DNA of 62,791 nt, filler included, from Ionaspis alba (lineage: Eukaryota): assembly GCA_964255285.1 (NCBI GenBank). It is 4 parts of 4 records of this genome, joined end to end, with 100 filler letters (N's around TTAATTAATTAA, not from the genome) between each part and the next. Parts side by side here need not be neighbours in the genome. Positions count along the whole stretch, not along the records: positions 1 to 15,684 come from CAXUUL010000367.1; positions 15,785 to 31,411 come from CAXUUL010000368.1; 2 more parts are not named here. One strand, written 5' to 3'. Positions within the stretch are counted from its first letter, which is position 1, and each line of letters opens with the position of its first letter. The notes beneath the pieces are model-generated. The model had not been told where the DNA came from, did not search any database, and saw only the letters and a list, made by a program, of their open reading frames with translations. The position numbers and the translations under genes were made by a program. Of the stretch, positions 12,725 through 24,623 are shown in pieces.

Positions 12725-14500
12725 GGTAGAATAGTATCCTTCGTCTTGTGCGATTTCAAGATCAGAGTATGGAACTGTAGATCCGGAGCTCGGGAGGTGG
12801 GTTGAGATATAAGAAGGCATCTTCTCGTGTTTGTGGCTAGTAAGCTCTCGAAACGTGAGAACGTCTCCACGGGAAGCGATGATCGAAGTTCTAGTAGCAG
12901 AATGGAATAGAACAAATGAATCCCAACTACACTAAGACGGCCAAGTGACTGGTGATGTTCAAGATGAGTGAGGAAGTGCTTGATTGGTGCAGATCGTGCG
13001 AATCATATGCTCGCAAACAAGATGAGAGCAATGAAAATGTCAGATATTGTTAACAGTACAGCTGAGACTCTTCCGAGGAAGTGCACGAATGCAACTGAGA
13101 ACAATAGGCAGTGGGCAGTGATCTTGAATAATGTTGTGTGTTGTGGGCTAGATGTCTTCTGCGTGAGCTAGCGCGACTCTTAGGGCATTACAGCTGGACA
13201 GTATGGAAAGGCTTTCCTCATTATGAGGAGGAATGTGCCCATCTTTATAGCCCAACTGCAGGACTAACACGCTGTTCATGGCGTGATTTGGCACACACGG
13301 CATCCTTGCTATCTAATACAAACCGTGTCTTGTCTGAGATGCTTTCAGGCAGTGGCTATGTCTCAATCCACCAATGATACTCCTAGAGTCTTGGGAGAGA
13401 ATTGATGGTGTGGCATGAACGAATCTCGGTTCCGCGAAATTGTAGCTGCTGTCGCCAAGAAAACAACCTTAATCTGACGTCCTCCGCCAAAATCTGCGGG
13501 GAGGAAGAGACGAGGTTGTTAAGCGCGTTTCGTGTTCTTACAACTCAAGCTTGTGTACCATGCCGGTGTGGCTTGCATGACACTACTCTCTCCCGCATTG
13601 ACCGCTGTTTGCTCATTTTACGAGGTATCGAAGTCAACTCTGGATGTGACGTGCTGGTGTTCTCGAGCCTCAGAGCAATACTACCATCTGCTGAATGTTG
13701 CAGTGGCTGTTATCCCCACCTTGTGGCCTGACTGATCTGGTATCCCCATTGAGTTCAAGACTAAGATGCAGCGTTGTTCTTCTGGATACCGTGACCCCGG
13801 GCTACCTGCTGACCTCAGTGTGCCTGTGGTGGCATCCACACAACCAGATTCCATCTGTGTGTGATCCATGAAGCCCCTTCGTTGGCACAACACGAGCGGA
13901 GAAATCGGGCGATTTGATTTCGCTACAGTCAACTGTACAGCGGGGCCGTCAACCTCTATGGGTCAGATTGAGTCGACAATTCTCAGAAGACCTTCTAGAT
14001 GGTCTAAAAGACCAGGTGTCCCGAAGCCAACGAGTCAAGTTTCTCGAAAGTCCTACTTATTTCAAATGGCAGAAAGGACGCAATGATCTTCGTCACCAAT
14101 ACCTGGTTATCAAGCCCAAATCCAATATGAGACCTCTTTACGTTATTCTCTAGGTCGAGAACCACTTTACATCTTATTTTGGTCTTAGTGTGGAAATATG
14201 TGATAAGGGATTGACTTGCATTAGCCGCTGCAGATTATTCTGTAGGCAAACGGTCAGACCCTCCACTAATTTCGGTTCTCATGGATGATCACGGTGATCG
14301 CGTCTTGTTCAAGCTACGCGTACTATGTTTCCCGTTAAGCCAAATGCGTTGCTTCCAGGTCACTTGTCCTTGCATTCATGTCTAGTTAAACGGATATTGA
14401 ATGGCTTGAATGAACTTATCGATGGCATCAAAGCTCATATCTTACGGATAACAAAGCAAGTCAGGAACGAAACGACGGAGCATTTCCCGAAATCTGGCTA

Positions 14501-15133
14501 TCAAGGTCTCCCAGGATAGCTTCCTTTGCTCCAAACACTCTTATCGTTCTTTGTCGAAGGAATAACATTATACACACTCCTCGAGTTCTTCCACTCCTTC
14601 AGCTGCTCCTCCTTCGATGGAGGATATATCATCTTGTCTATTCCAGTTCTCGTACCGCCCGTCATAGACAGCGACTCCTTCAGATCATCGGGCATTGTCC
14701 CAGGATGGGGGTTGGTGTACCATTTGAAGCCAGGAATCTTGGGATCCGTGTGCCATACAAGGTTGTTCTTCCCACTCCCTCCTTTGCCGTTGGCATTCTT
14801 GCCTTGCTCTTTTGCCATCTTCTTTCCTGCTTTGCCTGGGAGTCTGGTCGCCGCACGACCAATACCTCCAAGGATAGCGCCGAGCTGGGGATCTGGGATA
14901 GCCTCGGCGTATGGGAAAGGGTTACGGCGTTGGAAGCTGGGTGAGGCTCTGGAATCGGGTGGAGCGTATCGGTTGTGGAGGTATTGTGGTTGGGCAAGTA
15001 TGGCATCTCGATGGTACAATGCGTTTGTCATGCCATCTTCGGCGGTACGAGCTTTGTGAAAGCTTCCGGCGAGGACCGTCGAGCTGAAGGTACACACAAC
15101 GGCAAGTACGGCTAGGTGGTTCGGGATGTGCAT
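14501..15133 (-). CDS. Small secreted prepro-protein (210 aa) with signal peptide, Kex2-type sites and an X-P/X-A dipeptide run; effector/toxin-like
   Basis: Intronless ATG ORF with a hydrophobic signal (LAVLAVVCTFSSTVLA), sites LYHR, LHNR and FQRR, then NP-FP-YA-EA-IP-DP and a Lys/Gly-rich segment. Confidence 0.75.
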   Translation of the reverse strand: MHIPNHLAVLAVVCTFSSTVLAGSFHKARTAEDGMTNALYHRDAILAQPQYLHNRYAPPDSRASPSFQRRNPFPYAEAIPDPQLGAILGGIGRAATRLPGKAGKKMAKEQGKNANGKGGSGKNNLVWHTDPKIPGFKWYTNPHPGTMPDDLKESLSMTGGTRTGIDKMIYPPSKEEQLKEWKNSRSVYNVIPSTKNDKSVWSKGSYPGRP

Positions 15134-15684
15134 GGTGCAGTGGTGATAAAGAATTTGCGAGATGTCGATAAGATATGTTTAGTTTGAGCTACGCTCTACC
15201 AGAGGTTGCAGCTTTGTCGGTTCAAGAATGAGATAAGGGAATTCGTCATTAGTCAACATGTTCAGAGAATGAAAGCCTCCATAGCATGGAGACTTTATAC
15301 CTGCAGGAATTCTTCCTATCTGATCCTATGTTGTAACTGTGCCCTACATATTTGGTGAGGGGATGAAGCGACGTGAGGAAACAATATTAGTGCTACTACG
15401 CAAATCCTCTCGGTTTCAGTTGTCTGACAAGGCCGTATGTAGATGCGTTACCGTTCACTGAATTCCAGTTCAAGGACTCCAATTATTGGATGATGATAAA
15501 CAAGGCTTCATGTTCCAACCCTATCTTGGGTTGGGCTTACTCGCTAATTGTAATTTTGGCCATTCAGCTCTAACAGTTGGCCAAGTGGTTTCCAACAGTC
15601 TTCTACAACGAGGTAAGCACGGCGCATTCAATACTGGGGCGACAGTTCAAATGTGCTTGGATCTTTCGTCTGTTCTGCGAGACT

Positions 15685-15784
15685 NNNNNNNNNNNNNNNN
15701 NNNNNNNNNNNNNNNNNNNNNNNNNNNNTTAATTAATTAANNNNNNNNNNNNNNNNNNNNNNNNNNNNNNNNNNNNNNNNNNNN
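15685..15784. other. Artificial scaffold-joining spacer (N44-TTAATTAATTAA-N44)
   Basis: Six-frame stop linker flanked by Ns; identical to the spacers at 31412 and 47112. Confidence 0.97.
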
Positions 15785-17958
15785 CCCCCTCATCCCTCTG
15801 TTCCTCCGCCCTCCTCTCCCTAGCCCTGACCGCCGCCTGAAAACTCGCCTCATCATGCACCCTCTCATCCGCCAACGCCTCCATGATCGCCTCCTGGCGA
15901 CATCGCTCCTTCGCCTCTTCCTTCGTCTCCTCCTTAACAGCCCCATCGTGCCCGGGCAGCGGTGCGGGCGTGCACAGCGTTTCCCAGGACTGGGAGAGCC
16001 CGAGCCAGTTGTGTCCGCGCCGGATGATCTCGATCCAGTCGGCGCGGCTGGGCGAGCGGGCGGCCAGGAAGATGGGGTAGCCGTCGCAGACGCGGGCGAG
16101 GCGGGCCACCATGTGCGCGTGTCGAAGGTGCTCTTTGGGGGAGGTTTGCATTAGGGTGTGGCAGAGGAGGAGGGAGTGCAGGGCGTCGGTCAACAGGGGG
16201 TGGTAGGTTATTGCTTCGTGTCTGTCTACTGAGCTACTGGCGAAGCTGTCGGTGCCGTTGGTAGAGGCTGTCGGGTTGCGGGTCACGAGTGCCTGGGAGG
16301 TGGCTGGGTAGGGTGGGAGGTCGTCGATTGGTGCTGAGGAGAAGAGGGAGGATACTTGATAGACTTTGGGCGTAGGAAGATTTAGGTGCTGGTCGAAAGT
16401 GCCTGTGAAGTTGTGGTCGTGGCTGAAGCCGTTGGTGTTGCTACCAGTGTGCACGAGCGCGTCGGAGAGATTGCCGTGGCTCAGTGTGGAGTTGCTGGAC
16501 ATCTCGAGCAGTCTGTTCGTGGGCTGTTGTTTTGGCTGTGACGCACCTTGTGCCGCGGCTTTTACTTTGCGAAAGAATTCCTCCGTGACGGCGTAGGGTA
16601 GTCCGGGGGTGTAATCGAGATGGGAGAGAAATCCGAGATAGTCCTTCAGTGCACGCTTTGCGTAGGTCTTCACGAGCTTGCGTGCCCGTACACTTGCTTC
16701 GGTTGCCTCGCTCTTCTCAGAGTTCAGGTCAGGAGATGATTCCTCCTGATCTGCAAGTGCAGTTGTGTTCTCCTTGACTTCGGAACTTGCTGTAGCACTA
16801 GCGAGAGCGTCATCGACGTGTTGACAGGCAAGAGTTAAGTAGACATTTGCACGATGAAACAGCAGCTGTGGCTCCAAACTGGCCGGCTTGTCCTCCTCCG
16901 CAATGATGCCGCCGTATTTTGAGCCATCTGCATCCCCATTCTTTCTCTCAGCAGCACCCAAAGCATTTGCCAATTGCAATTGACCGCGACCCGCCTTGTG
17001 CTGATTGTTTGTATATCGGCAGACGGCCAATGCCTCCGTCAAATCTCGTACAGCTCCCAAATGGTCATCTTTGAATATTCGGGTCACAGCTCTAGTCCGT
17101 AGTGGTGCACCTTCCGTAGGTCTCTCGTGTATGACTTCATCCAATGGCGTGAGACTAGTCGATTGAGCAAGCATCCTGGAAGGGATCTTCTCGTGGAAGA
17201 AATGAACGTACTTGGCGTCTGTGTCTTCCGGATTCCTCTGAAGAACCAGTTTCGCCACATCCTCTAGCGACGATGCAGATTGCATGGTAGCCACACTCGC
17301 CGCAATTTCGTCTAAATGATATGCTTCTGAAAGCTTTTGCGTGGCCAGCTCCCGCATTCGATGCTTCCTCTCCCTGCTTAATTTTGCATTGCCTCCGCCA
17401 TTCCTTCCCAGACCAAGTACGTTGGCACCTCCACCGCCCAGAAGCCCGTTTCCAGCATTCAGAGAATTGTTCAACGATGAAGATGTGGTTCCATTCGCTG
17501 CGCGTACAGCCAGATTGGTTGCTTCCTCAACAAGCCGCCGGACTCTGACCAGGTCAAAGAAGACTGCGGGATCGATTGGATGAGGCCGTGGGGAAACATA
17601 GTTACTGTATGCCAGCGATTCAAGCACTTCGGGGGGTAGCTGGAGCCAAGGTCCATGGAAGGACGAAATGTAACGCCAGTGTCTATTGAAGTATTGATAA
17701 GTCCCTGAACTTTGTCCGCTGGCTGCTGAAGCATATGGAGATTGCTCACTTGTTGCGACATATAATCAAGGCTGATGTTGAAGGCTCAATGGCTTTAGAT
17801 GAGGTCGGTGCGGTGGTAGATGAAGCAGATGCTGTGCTACTTGGTGTTCTCGGACTTCCTGGCAATGAGGGTTTAGAAGAATTCGATGCTGCGATAGGTG
17901 AAGGCGAGGTTTCGCTATTGGGCTCCCCAGCACCACGGCCCTTCTTCTTTTTGGTCAT
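15785..17958 (-). CDS. Conserved fungal hypothetical protein, possibly TPR-like helical (family often labelled 'histidine kinase group protein'); 3' truncated at scaffold end
   Basis: Exon 1 MTKKKKG...SALIICRNK is followed by an intron (~17684-17747), then HWRYISSFHGPWLQLPPEVLESLA..PIDPAVFFDLV and GYPIFLAARSPSRADWIEI. No H-box or ATPase motifs are visible. The family label is from memory. Confidence 0.75.
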
Positions 17959-18378
17959 GTCTCAATTATGGATATCAAATGACACGCATAAATAAGTAAC
18001 TTATTTTCCTACTTTGCTAGTGCTAGAACTTTTCTAGCGAGACATAGTCAACACGACCATGAAAGCCAGTTACAAAAGTGGCAATCACGACGTCCTCGCG
18101 CCTTCTAAATAGCCTAGCTTGATCTTTGGAACATAGCTTTGCTTATATCGTTATAGCAATGGACTCATAACGCTGATGATGAGGAGCTAACCGATTCACG
18201 GAATACAAGAGCAACTCTTCCAAACCACATCTTCCCTTCAAACCTGATCTGTGCGAAGCGACCCATGACCCTCCGCCTCAAACCTAATATTATTTGATGA
18301 TCCCCTTCTGCTTTTCCTTCCACCATGGTTCGTGCGCGAACAGACCTGTTGGTAATAGACTGGCTCTCGATTTGACAT

Positions 18379-20391
18379 TCAGTATGAGGCATATCTTGTT
18401 GTATTCTGCCGAGGATCCCAAGATGAGGTGATACCCGATTGGCTGTGAACCCCGTGGATGGCCTGGAGTGACGGAGGTTGTGGACCATATTGGCCCGAGC
18501 GATCCTGTTGCTGTTGTAAAGCGCGAAGATTCTGCCGCACAACAGCGGATCGAGCCCTGAGAAGCTCGTACTTGGCCTTGACTACAAAACTAAACTTGGT
18601 GGCCAAAATATCAATTACCTGATCCATTTCCATGACGCTGGTGATCGCTTCTGTGAAATTCTCTGTAGGACTTCTCCTCTGCAAAGGTGGCAGAAGCACG
18701 CAACCTTTTGGAGCTGGAGGAGCTTGTGGTGCCATCGAATCAAAGATAGAACTCGGCGAATCTTGCAGTACGTCGAGCAGTCGCTCTCCAACTATCATTG
18801 TGCGCAGAACATCGTAGCTGGTACAGTACACAAAGCTGTGTGGAGATTCGCAGATTATCCACAAGGTCTTCATGTACTCGACAGCATAGTCAAACACTAA
18901 GGCTTTGCCATACGCACACAATGTGACAGTCGTGCCTGGAGGCCATATGAGAAGAATGTTACCACACAGAACCTCCAAGCGGTACACACGCTTCAGAGCG
19001 TTAGGGGTGGAGTCCGGTAAGCTTGACAGCCAGCTGTACATGTTGCCTAGAGCATTGGATCTGTACTGCCAAGGCGCAGCCAAAGCATCCCTGTTTGATT
19101 GAAATAGTGTTTGATACCAGCTTGACTCAATCTTCCGCAACTCCAAGATTTGGCGCGAAGGCTCAACCGCATCGACTGACTGACTCGACGATCTTCGTCT
19201 CGGTTCGAACGCTGAAGAATGGTTGGTGGATAGAGACGGAGGCTCGACATTCGTGGAGTCATCACCGAATGAAAATGAACGAAGGTGCGCGATAGAGATT
19301 GTCCTTATTCGGTTAGCAGAGCTATCATTGTATCTGTTGAATTGTTATCCACCTATCAAGGGAATAGACGCAATAGAAGATACGACGTCGTAATTCTTGT
19401 TGCGATTCCTTGATTCGCAATTCCTCTGGAGGTTCCTGATGCAAGCCAAGATCGACCATTATCCGGGAAGCCACTCCTATAAGATACCAGCTCTTGAAGT
19501 GCGAGGGATCATACATGGAGTAAAGCACTAGGAGGAGGACAGCCTGTACTCCAGCAATAGAGCCGGGCTGTATCACCTTTTCCACATCCTCCAAAGCACC
19601 GCTAACGTGGCGCACGGCTTCGTGATAATTTGTGTCGGTTTTAGATTTTGCTTGGGAGATCAGAGCGATTGCAAGAGTGAGGCGTATGTTCCAGCGGTGA
19701 ATAGCAAGAGAGTCGCTGTCTCTCTGAAGATAGAAGGCTTGGAGTGATCCGTACAATGCGGTGTCGGTCAGAACTGGATAGAGTGCGTAGACGTGCTTCT
19801 GGCAATGCTGTATCAACTCCCTGGTAGCATTTTGAGACGGAAAGGCGTTTCTGGCGAATCTTGGCATTTCATCGGCAGAGGAGGTTGACAACACTAGTCT
19901 CGCAAACGACATCTGCTTGGTGAAACCATGAAAATCTCTCGCAGTCGCATTGACTGATCTGTATCGGTTGGTTCAGTAGTATTCTCAACCAATAAAAAAA
20001 AAGCGAGTACGTACAGGAAGCCAAAGTCGGATACTAGATCGTCCATCTCCGATGCTTCCTTACGCTGAGATCTCCGACGACCAATCTTGGATGCGTTGTT
20101 GGAAAAGACGGTAGGCGTGAAGCTGAAATCTGGCATAGGAGTGGAGCTTGCTCGACGCTTCGTCTGTGCAATCTGGTTTTCGAGTCTCTCGATTCGCGAT
20201 TCGAGTGACGCGACATAGCTTCGTTCCTTGCCTTTCGCAAATTGATCATTGGCACTTGAACACTCGGCTGCTCGATTTGCTCGAACACAAGCAGTACATG
20301 CTGGCAGCAGGCCGTCACACTTGACCTTGGCATTGCGGCAACGAGAGCAAGCCGAGACTGGTCTACTGACACGGAGAAGGGGGGTCTCCAT
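18379..20391 (-). CDS. Zn(II)2Cys6 transcription factor with fungal-specific TF (middle homology) domain, Stb5/Ppr1/UaY-like group
   Basis: Binuclear cluster CSRC-x6-C-x6-CTAC-x8-C, dimerisation helix YVASLESRIERLE, and MHR motif DLGLHQE...ELRRRIFYCVYSLDR. Two introns. Confidence 0.92.
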
Positions 20392-21078
20392 TCNNNNNNN
20401 NNNNNNNNNNNNNNNNNNNNNNNNNNNNNNNNNNNNNNNNNNNNNNNNNNNNNNNNNNNNNNNNNNNNNNNNNNNNNNNNNNNNNNNNNNNNNAAGGCAA
20501 GAGTGGAAGGGAAGGGGAAGAGAAACCAATGTGATAGGCCGAAAAGAGTGCGCGATATGATACGAAGTCCTCAGCTCCTCTTGGCCTACATCAGGATGGA
20601 AGGATGAGGGACTGATTTGACTTAAACAGCGATGCAACGCGGGTCATCCTATGCCTTACGGGGAAGCATCAACGACCAAGATCGACATAACGGGAGCGCG
20701 GGATTAGGCGGCTCGCCTCGTAAGGCAACTCGCTAAACTGTCAGCCCTGTGCCACTATCCGTCATGCTATTCCGTCCCAAGGCGTGGAATGTGCCTGGCC
20801 CGTGGGGTCCTCTTCGCGCACCGTCCATATTTCATTCTATACTACCACCATCTTACCGCACCTGCTTTCTTGTTTCGAAACTCGATGCTGCCATCTCATC
20901 TTGAAGGCACGCCCAGTATATTAATTGTGCCCGCTAAGGGCAACTCATACGATTGTGCGCAATTGCCTTGACCCTGCGACTAAGACTGCTTGGCCAGAGT
21001 AGATCAAAATGCTGGCATGCCTGCTCTGCGATAAACAGGCCCAACGCCGAAGCAAATTGATCTGTTGATGTTGTTCAC

Positions 21079-23704
21079 ATGGCCAACCCTCAACTTGGGG
21101 CGCCACGCTCCTTAAAGGGCCACAAGGAGAAGGAGAACCATGATGACAGCTTTTCCGGCGGGCGTGGGGGAAGTAAGGTGGCGCATACATTGACTGCATG
21201 TTGCCGTTGTAGATTGGTACGTCTCCACACTATCCGCCACAATATACGTGCTCAAGTCTCCGAGACTGTCTCGGTAACCCGGAACAGTGTCGCTGACCTA
21301 TGCTATGCTAGAGGAAAACTCGATGCGATGCCGGACTTCCTCGGTGTGGTCCGTGTGAACGAAGCAATGTTGCTTGTGAATACTTCGATGCTGCGAAAGG
21401 CATGAAGCTGTCGAGAACATATGTCATCCATCTTCAAGACCGAGTCAAGAAGTTGGAGGAGGAGCTAGCGAAAGCTTCTGATGAGCCAAATGAATCCCCG
21501 GATGCTGAGATCCTGATGCGTGGAGCAGGCCTCGTCAGGATGGAAGAGAACGATGAGTCTCGGTTTCTCGGTCCGTCAAGTGGCATTGCGATGACCAGAC
21601 TTGTTATGGAATTAGCGAAGCAGAATGCCAAGGTCACGAGCATCAAGGAGATCGTGCCAGAAAGGCAAGCCCAGGAGATTAAGGACCGCTTCGCAGAGGA
21701 GTCCTCCTGGCCAACCTCGAAGGTCTATCCTCTCATAAGTTCTGTGGCAGCTCCGGATCTGCCAACCAGGGAGCTGACTGACGTACTGGTTGGCGTTTTC
21801 AACAAGAAAGGTGAGCGTTCTTTGACAAGCCTTGATCTCCTCTAGAGTCACTCATTATCAATAGCTCAGTACCTACTGCCCGTCCTCCATGAACCTTCAT
21901 TTCATGAAGCTGTTCATGATGTCTACTCAGGTTCCAAGAACGCCTATAAAAACTTCACTTTACGCATGGTCATTGCTATCAGCATGCAGAAGCTTGATAC
22001 TCAATATGCTGGTCTTGCAGACAGCTACTACTTGGCTGCTCTACCATTCCTGGAGAACGCAATCCGACCTATGGATCTCGGCACTTTGCAGTGTTTCGTG
22101 CTTATCGCCCAGTATTCTATGGTCACTCATACAAGGACAGCTTCATTCTGGGTCGTGGGGTTGGCATCGAAATTGTGTCAAGAGCTCGGAATGACCGATG
22201 AAGAGACGATCACCAAGGACGAGCACGGTAATCCATTGAATGCTTTGGAGGTAGATTTGCGGCGGCGTTTATTCTGGATCATCACCTCATTGGAATTCGG
22301 GTTGGCGCACAGCCTTGGAAGGCCTAGCAGTTATGCAGTGACTCATGATCATATCAACGTGCAGTTCTTCTTACCCTTGGACGACCACCTTATTACCTCA
22401 GCCGGTGTATTACCCGGTAATCCACCCTCGATGAAGAAGCGAATAGCAATTCACTTTCTCAAGATGAGGATATTGCAGTCGGAGATTCGCCACAAACTCT
22501 ACATGAAGAAACAACCTACCCCTCTCGATGACCAAGATCCGTGGTTTTCGCAAATGGAGAATAAGTTGAATGACTGGGTTGCATCAAGTCCGAAGGACGA
22601 TGAGGGCAGCGGCTTAGACGAGACTTGGTAAGTGTTATGAGCTTAATTTTTCGTATTGTGCTCCTTCAATCTGTAATTGTTTTTATTGAAACATTCGCTG
22701 ACCAAATTCTCAGGTTCAAAGTCAGGAATAACACGATGATAGTCTTCCTATATCGTCCCTCACCTCAAGTACCAGAGCCTTCAGTCCGAGCTGCAAATCT
22801 ATGCTTTGAAGCATCGAGATTCAATATCTACGTACAAAGAGAACAGATCCGTGACAAATCAGTCGACTTGACGTGGATTTTTACACAGTCACTGTTCATG
22901 GCTCTCAACACTCTGCTCTGGACATTGTCGTATCCTGAAATACGAAAGGAGCACCCAAAGACTGAGGTTGAGACGCACTTAGATACTGCACAAGAGGGAG
23001 TGTTCTTAGCGTCAAAGAGATGGCCTGGTGTGGCCTCAGCTTTGGAGTTATACACAACCCTCATTCAGGCCTGTCTCAAAGTATATGATGGCAGTAGTGA
23101 AGCCTCCTACGTTGTCGGATCCCCTGCGAAGAGAGCTTCATCTGCTCCACTCAACGACGTCGTTACTCCACCTACTCTGTCAACGCCCTCCACTGTACAC
23201 AGTGCACTCTCATCCACGAACTATGGCACCGATCACGATCATCCGTCGCCGTATGGCTATTTCGTTGAACCCGATCGGCGACCTCCACAGATTTATACCA
23301 CCATGGACCAGTCTGTGTCCCTTCCGGCCAAAGCCCTCCCATCGCCAATCACCCAAGGACCCCCTGCTCCGCCATCATCAGCCTACGCATCCAGTCCGAG
23401 CTACCAGCAACTCATCTTCGATCCAACATCCTACAACAATCCACTTCCTTCTCCCCTCGGCTATGGTACTGGAGCGCAAACATCTATCGCACCAGCCGTA
23501 CCTATATATCCCGATGACAACTTCTTTCTCGGGTCCATCGGCGACCAGTATTCGCAGTACATCAACGCCCAATACACGCCTCAGGAGCCGCTACCGAGTC
23601 TTGATCTGGAGCAGCAGTCTGAGCTAATGAGGACACTGGAGCTGGAACGGCGGAATGGTATCTTCGATCCCATGCAGCAGCCCCAGACGAGCCTCTTCCG
23701 CTGA
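21079..23704 (+). CDS. Zn(II)2Cys6 transcription factor with fungal-specific TF domain, UaY/Ppr1-like group
   Basis: Spliced cluster ACCRCRL|RKTRCDAGLPRCGPCERSNVAC, helix YVIHLQDRVKKLEEEL, MHR QELGM...LRRRLFWIITSLE and a Pro/Ser-rich activation tail. About three introns. Confidence 0.92.
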
Positions 23705-24623
23705 GAAAAGTACAGCATTACGTGCCCGCATGATGAATTTCTACGAATTCTGGGAATAATTGGACAACGACTTTGTGTGGTGAGATTTATGTTCCTTTCA
23801 TTCTCTGACCTGGGAGGAGACACGTTCCTCGAGCGGGGATCCAAGGTTCTTTCCGGACTGCGTATCGACCTAGGCTGAAAGCTGACATCTCGTTCCCAAC
23901 CAGATTCTCCTGGAAAATTCGACCGGCATTGTTTCTAGAACCGAGGACCAGCCAGAAGCCAGGCCACCTTGCCGACACAAGTTTACTCCTCGTTTTCGTT
24001 CTCTTATTCTAGTTCTCCTTTTCTCCAAGGTTGTAGTAAGAGCTCGTAAGGAGGAACGGTTGTAATTAAGCTTGGACTTTTCTATGCATTTTTACACGAG
24101 TCGTAAAGTGAGATGGTAGTACCAACTGGGCATCGCAAGGCGCTCCGTCGGTTTTCGAGGCGGTGATCGGACAACATTCTTACATACAATTACTCTAGCT
24201 ATGTCATGCAGCAATTGCACGACGTAGGATGAACAAGAAATGTGTCGTTCGCCTGACGAGACCGTCATACACCATTTGACTCAGACTTGCCTTTACCACT
24301 TCATTGCCATCTTCATCGTGCCAGAGCAGCAGGAGACAAGTCAACGTCGACCAGGTTATGGGAGTGTGAACCCTCAAAACGCATGGTCGACTTGAACTTT
24401 ACTCGTCGAAGATACTGAAAACACAGCTTCTGGCTCAGCAGTATCTGTGGGACAAGCAAGTGCTAGCTCATCCCGTCATCATCGTCATATCCTCGTTCGA
24501 GCGACCAATCCTTGTTTCCTCAANNNNNNNNNNNNNNNNNNNNNNNNNNNNNNNNNNNNNNNNNNNNNNNNNNNNNNNNNNNNNNNNNNNNNNNNNNNNN
24601 NNNNNNNNNNNNNNNNNNNNNNN

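Noticed and set aside
15729..15740. TTAATTAATTAA as a biological palindrome or piggyBac-type TTAA site
   Set aside because: It is embedded in Ns at three scaffold joins and is a standard six-frame stop linker.
15785..17958. Histidine kinase function
   Set aside because: No phospho-acceptor H-box, HATPase or receiver motifs are visible. The label is only a legacy annotation that I recall for this family.
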